Shown piece by piece: positions 39,498-49,595 of a stretch of 64,000 bases of DNA (the stretch's first letter is position 1; each line of letters opens with the position of its first letter). The notes beneath the pieces were generated by a model, which saw only the letters and a program-made list of their open reading frames with translations, ran no database searches and was not told the DNA's origin. The translations under genes and the position numbers were made by a program. The stretch is taken from positions 47,492,001 to 47,556,000 of the forward strand of contig NC_088859.1 of the NCBI RefSeq assembly GCF_963853765.1. Reading direction: 5' to 3'. The DNA is from Magallana gigas. Its lineage: Eukaryota.

Positions 39498-41195
39498 TCT
39501 GGCCGATCCATGAACATTCTTCTATGTTGTTATTGTACTGTACTAAATATATATCATAAACTGTCAACACTTTCTTAGCGCTGGCATTCCCTCGCTATGT
39601 AATTACAGGTGTGACGGCATGGGAACCTACAGGTAAATGTGTTCCAGCGGTGTAAAACGATTTGTTCCCTGAACAAGTTGAACTGAATGAATGAAATACA
39701 CAAACATGTGCTCCGAGAAGATCACACTGAGGTTATTTCCGGTCCCCTTTCGTGGATGTTTAAACGTCGAGCTCAAATGATAAGCACGCCTTTCTTCTCT
39801 TTAAATCTGTGTGTAACTTTCTACCCCACTTGACAGACGGCTGTGTCAACTCTGTTGGGTCGACAGGAAGTTTAATTCACATTAAGGACTATTTTAAAGG
39901 GATGACTGAACTCGCGGTTCATCATGAGTAATTCGTTTGTTGTGTATTTTTCTAATATGATACAAAAGAAAATATTTTGAAGAAAAGCCAAATAAGGAAC
40001 AAAGTCTTCTATACAAAATTCTGACCGAGAGAAAGATAGAGCAGCGATGTTATCTGTGCGTCAATTATTGGGTTTTGTTCCGATTCTCCGCTCTGTCATT
40101 TGATCAGAGACGGGTGTATTGTCAGCCGATGAAGGGTGTAAACAGACCACCGAGGACGTACAGAGACTGGCGTACAGAGGCATTTACATGTACACCCTGC
40201 AGGTGCGAGATGTGTACTGATAATAAAAACGGGAATGTATATATTCGTAGGACCATTTCTTATCAAACAAAGTATAGAAAATATCAACTTTTTCGACGAA
40301 GAAAATTATTTTGTATTTGCTACTAAATCCACGGATATTAAATAGACTATTGTGAAATCTTGGAATATCCATGGGGGTGGGGAGGGGGGGGGGGTTGGGT
40401 TGGGTTAATGGCCAATATCTGAACTGGGGGCGGGGATGGGGTTAGTAGGTTCTGGACTCTATGTGCCCCCTTTATTCCCCTTTTTGATCAATGCATAATG
40501 ATTATAATTATGCTGAACACCAGAGTCACCCCAAAGGATGCATGTGGCTTAATATATTGCGTAAATTATTACTCAAATCTAAAATAAAATAAAATGAAAG
40601 TCAAGAAAAAGAGTCCATAACAAAACTTTAAAGAACATTCTTGTTCTTATACTTTAAATATGGAAGTGCACACAATTTCAATAAAACATTGACGTAAGTT
40701 TATATATAGTCAGTTTGGAGATCATTCTCAAGTTACAGAGGAAAATTTACATATTACCCATCTTTAAACTCGGAATGTTTCTTTTAGATTAATACCCGGT
40801 TTAACACGTTCAACAGTTGATTTCACAGATTTTCAAAACCACTATCCCACACTCAAAACAATGTTATTATCAGTGTAACAGGTCACCGTTAAAAAACGTT
40901 AGGGGAACGTAAATTCGTTGTAGATATTGCTATGAATTTTTAGAGAGACCACCCACCCTGTTATAACGGCCGTCTTAATTTGATTTTATTTTTTTTGATC
41001 ACCTACAGCTTATGACCTTTTATTCAATAAAGAAAGAGATTAGGAGCTGGATACATATTCGTATACAATATGAAATGTTTATACATTGGACGACCCTCTT
41101 TACTGGGCCGTCGGTGCACAAACTAGCTTTTAAAAATCTTTGTATTCATTTTATTAATGAAAATATTTAAGTCTGTCTATATATATGGCCATTAA

Positions 41196-41630
41196 AAGGG
41201 CATGGTCACGACCTTGGCCAAACATTTTTCCCGTTTTTAACGTTTACAATGCTTCATTTAGGTATTTCAAGTAATCAAGTTTTCTTATTGTTTTGAGAAA
41301 CATTTACATCTTCAACGTTGAAGTAAAAGTTCCAGGTAAAGACCTTAAATGAATGCGATAAACGCTTGGAACTGTTATTTATGCTTCAAACTTACGAATT
41401 AAAATATATTAGAAAAAAAAAGTTTGAAAAGAGCCTTTACCGGTATATTGAACCAATGTAAACAAAAACAGGGCAAGGGCCTTGTTTAAATGACAAAGAA
41501 CTGTGATCTATTCCTCTTTAACTGACGCTCAAAATGTGGTTGATCTTTAGAAATGCATTTCTAAAGCATTATACCGGTAAACTATAAAAATAGAAAAATA
41601 AAATTAGTCCAAAATTGTGACCATGCACCC
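41196..41630. mobile_element. Non-autonomous Kolobok-type element
   Basis: TTAA flanks at 41192-41195 and 41631-41634. TIRs AAGGGCATGGTCACGA / TGTGACCATGCACCC. Confidence 0.7.
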
Positions 41631-42132
41631 TTAAGAACCGTGTGAGAGTTCATCGCCCGAAGATCCATTAAACACTATTAAAGGATAACTTGTAATTGTG
41701 CTTGAGAGATGATTAGGGTGTTCTGGACACATATATTAATTACATAGAATACTAACAATTAAAACATTTTTGTTATGTAATCCTTTATGTTTTTGGTACA
41801 TTATATTACAGGTTTTAAATGTTAAAAGCAATACACACACATGGTCCTCAACAGTTAGGAAAATTTACTGTAACTTAAATATAGACATAAATACCAATAT
41901 TAGTATTTAAAATATTATTTAACAACAATATGAATTTAATATCTCCGGAGAAAAGCATACATGCCAACAAATATGCCGACCATTTCAACGAATGGTTCTG
42001 TAAAAGTGACTCCAAAAACATATTAGAATTTGAATGAGAAAGACATATTTCCAGAGGTAATATTAATTTCACTAGGTGCACTGCTATTGGAATCACAGGG
42101 ATCGCACATTTTCATCTTTTTTTTCACACTGG

Positions 42133-42208
42133 CCATCACTTCAATTTTCCCCTTTTCCATCACTTGAATTTTCCCCTTTTCCATCACTTGAATCTCCCCC
42201 TTTTCCAT
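42133..42208. repeat. Three copies of a 24-bp tandem repeat
   Basis: CCATCACTT(C/G)AAT(T/C)T(T/C)CCCCTTTT x3; gives MEKGKIQV repeats in the minus-strand ORF track. Confidence 0.85.
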
Positions 42209-42568
42209 GAATTATTTCACTCACTCTTTGTTGTTGTTCATTGTTGGTGCGTTTGTACGATCGAATTGCGGCGGATCTCTAAATTTTGACTGCGTCAAAA
42301 ATATACTTTCTCCATCTGATGAAGATGGCTTTTCTCATTGAGTTTAACCAAGAGAGTAGTCAAAAATCACATTAGGTATCATTTAAATTTAAACTTACCT
42401 GGCACTGTCCATTAAGTTCAACAATACATCATTATTTTCACCCCTTTTGTTGTTTTTTTTAATGGACAATCACTAGTGTTACGTAATCTTAGCAATCATT
42501 CAAGCCAACACCTGAGACAGTTTATTAAGTTAACAATGGAGAAAATGTTTTAAGTAGGATGAAATCCG

Positions 42569-42653
42569 AAAACTGTCCATTCTGTGAGAGAAAGAACTGT
42601 CCTCGGCCCTTCGGGCCTCAAGCAGTTCTTTCTCTCACAGAATGGACAGTTTT
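42569..42653. repeat. Perfect 31-bp inverted repeat with a GC hairpin apex
   Basis: AAAACTGTCCATTCTGTGAGAGAAAGAACTG and its exact reverse complement at 42623-42653. The loop contains GGCCC-ttc-GGGCC. Confidence 0.9.
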
Positions 42654-43484
42654 TGGATTTTCTCCCATACGGAAAAAAATCTAGCACTAAATTACGAATA
42701 CCACCAACTTTAGAGACTATAAAAGAAATAGCAACTACATTTTGTACAATTTTGTATTTTAGTATTTGAAATGATGTTGGCCATGCGGCCGATCGCTCTG
42801 GAGTAATCGATCAAACACACTGGAATCCCGATCAATGTATATTATTTAGAAAAAAGAAAAAAAAAGTTTTAAATATTCCAAAGGTAAGTGTATGTTTCAA
42901 TTGGTAAATTTTTTTGGCAGTGTCAATAGGCACCTTCTTGGGTATTACATGTCAGCAGGCAGTGATCCAAAAGGCAGTGTTTCTGTGGAACTCGTTTCAT
43001 TAGGTAGTGTTTTGGGTGAAAACTTTTTCAGTGGGCAAGGAATTTTAGAAGAGAGTTTCACCTTATAACACTGCCTATAGTTATAGTGGGCAGAGTTTCA
43101 GTGGACAGTGTAATGGTGGGGTTTTCAACGGGCAACGTTATACTCGCAATGGACAGTGTTTTACTGGGAATTTTATAGTAGGCACTGTTTCACTGGGAAG
43201 TATTATTGTGGAGTTTTTCACAGGACAATGTTTAAGTGCAGTTTTGTTTTTGTTTTTTTTTTTGGGGGGGGCACTGTTTAAGTGAACAGTTTTTCCCTGG
43301 GCAGTGTTTCAGTACATGAGCAATGTTTTAGTAGGCAGTGTCTTTGGAGGCAATGAGTAGTGTTGTTGTAGGCAATGTTTTTGTGGGTAATGTTTTATGG
43401 ACTGTGTTTTTGTGGGAAATATTTCAGAGGGCAAGGAATTTTAGAAGAGAGTTTCACCTTATAACACTGCCTATAGTTATAGTA

Positions 43485-45335
43485 GGCTGTGTTTCAGTGG
43501 GCAGTGTTTTGGGGGGGCTGTGTTTCAGTGGACAGTGTTATGGTGGCTGTGTTTCAGTGGACAGTGTTTTGGTGGCTGTGTTTCAGTGGACAGTGTTTTT
43601 GGTGGCTGTGTGTTCAGTGGACAGTGTTTTTGGTGGCTGTGTGTTCAGTGGGCAGTGTTTTGGTGGCTGTGTGTTCAGTGGGCAATGCTTTTTGTGGCTG
43701 TGTTTCAGTGGACAGTGTTTTGGTGGCTGTGTTTCAGTGGAAAGTGTTTTGGTGGCTGTGTTTCAGTGGGCAATGCTTTTTGTGGCTGTGTTTCAGTGGA
43801 CAGTGTTTTGGTGGCTGTGTTTCAGTGGAAAGTGTTTTGGTGGCTGTGTTTCAGTGGACAGTTTCTGGTGGCTGTGTTTCAGTAGGCAGTGTTTTGGTGG
43901 CTGTGTTTCAGTGGACAGTGTTTTTGGTGGCTGTGTTTCAGTGGGCAGTGTTTTGGTGGCTGTGTTTCAGTGGGCAGTGTTTTGGTGGCTGTGTTTCAGT
44001 GGACAGTGTTTTGGTGGCTGTGTTTCAGTGGAAAGTGTTTTGGTGGCTGTGTTTCAGTGGACAGTGTTTTTGGTGGCTGTGTTTCAGTGGACAGTGTTTT
44101 TGGTGGCTGTGTTTCAGTGGAAAGTGTTTTGGTGGCTGTGTTTTAGTGGAAAGTGTTTTTGGTGGCTGTGTTTCAGTGGAAAGTGTTTTGGTGGCTGTGT
44201 TTCAATGGACAGTGTTTTTGGTGGCTGTGTTTCAGTGGAAAGTGTTTTGGTGGCTGTGTGTTCAGTGGACAGTGTTTTTGGTGGCTGTGTTTCAGTGGAC
44301 ATTGTTTTTGGTGGCTGTGTTTCAGTGGGCAGTGTTTTGGTGGCTGTGTTTCAGTGGACAGTGTTTTTGGTGGCTGTGTTTCAGTGGAAAGTGTTTTGGT
44401 GGCTGTGTTTCAGTGGACAGTGTTTTTGGTGGCTGTGTTTCAGTGGAAAGTGTTTTGGTGGCTGTGTTTCAGTGGACAGTGTTTTTGGTGGCTGTGTTTC
44501 AGTGGACAGTGTTTTTGGTGGCTGTGTTTCAGTGGAAAGTGTTTTGGTGGCTGTGTTTCAGTGGACAGTGTTTTTGGTGGCTGTGTTTCAGTGGAAAGTG
44601 TTTTGGTGGCTGTGTTTCAGTGGAAAGTGTTTTGGTGGCTGTGTTTCAGTGGACAGTGTTTTTGGTGGCTGTGTTTCAGTGGACAGTGTTTTTGGTGGCT
44701 GTGTTTCAGTGGAAAGTGTTTTGGTGGCTGTGCTTCAGTGGAAAGTGTTTTGGTGGCTGTGTTTCAGTGGAAAGTGTTTTGGTGGCTGTGTTTCAGTGGA
44801 CAGTGTTTTTGGTGGCTGTGTTTCAGTGGAAAGTGTTTTGGTGGCTGTGTTTCAGTGGAAAGTGTTTTGGTGGCTGTGTTTCAGTGGACAGTGTTTTTGG
44901 TGGCTGTGTTTCAGTGGAAAGTGTTTTTGGTGGCTGTGTTTCAGTGGAAAGTGTTTTGGTGGCTGTGTTTCAGTGGACAGTGTTTTTGGTGGCTGTGTTT
45001 CAGTGGACAGTGTTTTTGGGGGGCTGTGTTTCAGTGGACAGTGTTTTGGTGGCTGTGTTTCAGTGGAAAGTGTTTTGGTGGCTGTGTTTCAGTGGACAGT
45101 GTTTTTGGTGGCTGTGTTTCAGTGGACAGTGTTTTTGGGGGGCTGTGTTTCAGTGGAAAGTGTTTTGGTGGCTGTGTTTCAGTGGACAGTGTTTTTGGTG
45201 GCTGTGTTCCAGTGGGCAGTGTTTTGGTGGTTGTGCTTCAGTGGACAGTGTTTTTTGGTGGCTATGTTTTAGTGGACAGTGTTTTGGTGGCTGTGTTTCA
45301 ATGGACAATGTTTTTTGGTGACTGTGTTTTAGTGT
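43485..45335. repeat. 29/30-bp GT-rich minisatellite of about 62 units
   Basis: Unit GGTGGCTGTGTTTCAGTGGA(C/A)AGTGTTTT(T). There is no stop triplet in the plus-strand unit, which explains the 407-644 aa ORFs. A degenerate precursor lies at about 42940-43484. Confidence 0.95.
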
Positions 45336-46483
45336 TTGGAAGGACAGCGTGCCCGAGAGGGAAATGTTTCGGTTAGATTTATGAACATTTCCTTTGTGAT
45401 TACTGTACATATTTATTCTTCTTTGTCAAGCTTTACCTCTGCAAAAGAAAGCATCAATAAGTTGATGTAATATCAATCATAGGATCTTGTGTAGGCTATA
45501 TAGTTTGTGAATTTCTTCAACATTTTACAGAATTGATTCTATGAGTTTTATTCGAATAGCTTTGATATAAATTATCATATTCAATTGAATAAAATGTTTT
45601 TAACAATAGCAATTTTCAGCGCATGTTTCACTACTGAGTTATGCCGCTTGTGTTAGGGTAACATGGTTCAAAGAAAGACAACTCTATGAGAAATTATTGG
45701 GACTGAAACAATCCAGGCAAAAAAAACCCGGTGGTGGTTTCATATCAGTCCCTTATGGGACAGATAAAAAGTTAAGCTATTCATTAGGCTAAATGTACAT
45801 TCAAGCTAACTTCTAAATTCCAGAGTCCTCAGGGCACGGGTACTTTAAAAACAGACGCGTCGGAGAGAGTTCATGAACATGTACTATTTGTTATCAAAAT
45901 ACCATTATCCTCGTGCATCAGTCCGTGAAACTTAAACGTCTCTTCAATCCAGTAATTTAATGTTTCTGAAGCGTTCAGTTCATATCATGGATCGATACTT
46001 TCTTCTCTAAAATACATATATCGCCATCTTTTATCGAATATAAGTTTTTCATAAAATCTAGTGTTACAGGTATTAAAAAGACGAAACAGTGTTAATATAC
46101 AATGATATACACAATTTTTACTAATTAGTAAGAGAAGATAAGGAGACAGGAAAAGCTTTCATTTGACAGCTCTCTCAATAATTATGGATCTTTTTTTTTT
46201 TCATTTTAAGAGCAAGTCAGCTATTGTACATACAAAATGTTCAAAATTCAGAGACTGCACGCAAAAAGCGAAGTGGGGAGGGACTGTCATCAAAATTCCT
46301 TTCACATTTCAAGTAACATACTAAGTAAAGTTGCTCGATCAAAAAATGTTATTTTAATTTTAAAAATCAATTTTAATTTCAATTTAGATACATAGCATAC
46401 GCAGTTCCAGATTTTCCTTAAAGAGGTCGAAGGAATGTCCTAGTCATTTATCTTGTTGAAAATTTTACTTTGTGAATTTCAGA

Positions 46484-46578
46484 CAGGTAGCTACGTTTTT
46501 GAAATTGTGGGGACCAGTTTCGTCTAAAAAATCTTGACAACCAAAAACAAAAATAGAAAATCGCACAACATGAAAACC

Positions 46579-46614
<36 letters not shown>

Positions 46615-46833
46615 ACATAAAACTTCATTTACACTAATAATTTCCTTAATTTTGCTTCAATTTTTTACATAAATAAATTTACAAAAAAAGTGGAAGTGGG
46701 GGCGGGGGGGGGGGGGGAGGGAGACTCAATGATCCATAATAATGTAATTTTCTGTATGTAAATTTAAGAAAAAGTTTGCTTTGTAGAAAAGTGTAGGCCG
46801 CCCCCCCCCCCCCCCCCCAATGCTAAGTGCCTG
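46484..46833. mobile_element. G/C-run MITE containing a (GA)15 tract
   Basis: Imperfect TIRs CAGGTAGCTACGT / ATGCTAAGTGCCTG. Internal layout is like the 22664 MITE. (GA)15 at 46581-46611. No clean TSD. Confidence 0.5.
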
Positions 46834-46876
46834 AATTTAATTTAAAGCACTGAAGGCACTAACAGAAGTTCCTATG

Positions 46877-46962
46877 TGTCTTTTACTAATTAACAATTTT
46901 TAATTGCCAATGAGTCCATGACTAATTATTGGCAATTAAAAATTGTTAATTAGTAAAAGACA
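46877..46962. repeat. Perfect 35-bp AT-rich inverted repeat with a 16-nt spacer
   Basis: TGTCTTTTACTAATTAACAATTTTTAATTGCCAAT (46877-46911) and its exact reverse complement (46928-46962). Confidence 0.9.
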
Positions 46963-47253
46963 TATGTGTTCATATTGTGGCCATGACACGAATGTCAGTT
47001 GTTATAATTAAGTATATATAGAAGACCCCAATTACTAGCGAAGATATCTCCATTATACATATGTAGCTCGGACCGTGCACCAGTGATGTTTTAAAAGGGA
47101 ACTTTTGGAGTGAGTCATTGATAGAGGGGGAGAAGAGTCGAGAATATTAGTATGTACTTCGAACTGACAGAATAAATAATTCACAAACGATTTTACTTTT
47201 TTTTCATGACCAAGTCTGCATAAATATTAATAAAGCCACCTAAAAGAAGAGAG

Positions 47254-47920
47254 CAAAAAATTAATCAAAGTACTGAAGTACTGACAGAAGTTGATTTTAT
47301 CGATAATCGTTTATCTTAAAATCAACTTATCTTGCATGGCAATTAGTTTCTAGTCTGTATTTGAATTACGCACTTTTTTATTACATGAATGTTTAGACTT
47401 TTCCGACAAGAATTTCGAGAAACTCCATATGAATCATGTTGTGTAATATTTTTAAAAGATAGATTTCAAACTATGTATTAATAATCGAAACAGTTCTAAA
47501 AATCGTATGGATCCAAGCACTATTGATATCGAAATCTAGTCTCGTTCAACCAGACGCTCGACTGTCTCCGTTAATCTCTGACAAGCAAGAGAACCTCTCT
47601 GCTTGTCGGAGATTTACGGAGACAGCCGAGCGTCTGGTTGAACGAGACTTTATTAAACTTTGGCGTAGGAATACATGAGACTAAAAAAATATCTAAATTG
47701 TTCGTATCATATAAAATCTGACTATTTTCAAAATGTTTATAGATAAGTTTCCTTGAAAAACAATGCTTGAGCATATTACATTACATCGAATTTTTCTATT
47801 ATTTTCAAGAACTAAGTTTTGTCAGCGGTGATGATTTGTGCTTAGGTCCAAACACTGTTTCACTTTCGGTTTGCCAGAGTAACTGCATAGGAGAGTTGAT
47901 TAAAATCAACTCCCAAAAAT
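47254..47920 (-). mobile_element. Helentron-type non-autonomous element with nested foldback, copy 2
   Basis: Collinear with 35719-36359. Carries the complete 50-bp-arm hairpin AGTCTCGTTCAACCAGACGCTCG... at 47538-47649 (3 mismatches). Short stem-loop AGTAC-n4-GTACT next to the subTIR. Confidence 0.75.
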
Positions 47921-49595
47921 ACACATGAAAATGAACAAATTCAAAACCGATTATTACATATATGGAGGAGGCAAATTTGATGGAAAAGAGACATCTCCAG
48001 CCTTTAGGGGAAAAGAAACTCGGGGCCCTTTAAGGTCATCTGGGTCAAATGGGCTAGCCGTCTAATAAAACCCTTTGTAGGATCCATTGATTAATTGCAA
48101 TTCCGGAATTACATTATATCCTATTGCTCACCATTTAGTTGGTTAAATGCACTATCAGATCTGTCAAAATGCAAACCAAAAAAAAATATGTAAAGAGTTC
48201 GTGATTGGCGATCTGAACAGTATTCAAGTTATTCAAAGAATTTATTATAAAAGTCTTGTACTCAACTCAAATGTACTTCACACCTAAACAAATTAAATGC
48301 GACGGCAAAATCCACAGACACGACTTGTGACGGGCTTTCATATTTTTTTTGTTAACTTCTTTTAACAGTTAACAATGTAATTGTACGTAGTTTGTCTAAT
48401 AGACGCCTTGCAGCAGACAGGAAGATAGTCAATTCATACAAATTCACTATATGACCATTTGAGCTCCACTCCTAATCCTGGGACCATGGATTTTTGGTAG
48501 AGATTCCCCATTTACTTAGATGTCACGTAGGAGACTAGCAAGGATATTTTATAACCAACAGACCTTATTCATTTCCTTTGATTACAGCATACATGCTGTT
48601 TCCTATTAAAGACAGCATGTATATCCTACTGTCCTTCACTTTTAACGCTTATCCGACTCACAACTTGAGTGATCTAGATCACGTTGTGTTTCATGAACAA
48701 ACTTTAGCTCTGTTGCAACATCGGATATAACCAGTCAAAGCAATTACAGATTAAAAAATATTTTTACACACACCCAAAAGAGTTTTTTTTTCATCAATTT
48801 GATGTACCTCTTATAGTTTGGAAACAAACAGATTCTGATCTTTTCAAATTTATTGATCCCACATACATTTGTAGGCATTACAATAATTTAGCATCAAGTC
48901 TGCACTTGATGTTCAATCATTATATCAGAGATATGTGATGGAATGCAGTCCTTTAAATAAACATCAAGTTTGACTCACATTTCGAATTCTTAGGTAAACT
49001 GTAGTAGTTACCTTTTGTTACATCATAAATTGGATTGAACATGGTTAGTGAACTGTATATTAAAACGTTTACATGAGAAAATAAAAAACATACTTCATAA
49101 AAAGTCACGACATAAAACATTTCATTGCAAATACTGATAACAATTCTATGCCTACAATGGTAAAATTGCAGTTCCTCTTAAATATATAACAATATAGATT
49201 CATATAAATAATGATTATGGGAGGCCCGAGTGTTTATAAAGAATGCTCTTTTCCCTATGAATTTTCATAAACACAAGACAAATGTGTGCATATAAAAAGA
49301 CAGCTAGAAAATCACACATTTGCAATAATTAAAAGACGGAATCTGAGCTGTACTTGGGAACCACATTGACTCCAGAAGATGGCACAAAATAATGACATAC
49401 AATACTACATTATATGCTGATGTCAGTAATTTGTGTCAAGTGTGAATATAATATCAGACTCACTGTTCCAAGCCAGGTTAGACTAGTCTTTTAACTACTG
49501 TGGCTACCCCTTCAGAATCACAAATGATTATGGTTGTACCTATATTTACAAAATGTCAATAACACATATAAATCTGTAGGACTCCCATCTGAAGC

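Noticed and set aside
43485-45335. CRISPR-like or Chi-site array
   Set aside because: The units are head-to-tail with no unique spacers and no cas genes, and the context is eukaryotic. GGTGGCTG is not Chi (GCTGGTGG).
43338-45376. Long plus-strand ORFs of 644, 610 and 407 aa
   Set aside because: They are translations of a stop-free 29/30-bp minisatellite; all three frames are open for the same trivial reason.
49570-49595. MAT 3'-UTR METTL16 hairpin (UACAGAUUU shortly after the stop)
   Set aside because: Only 6 of 9 positions match, and I could not close a MAT2A-like stem around it.
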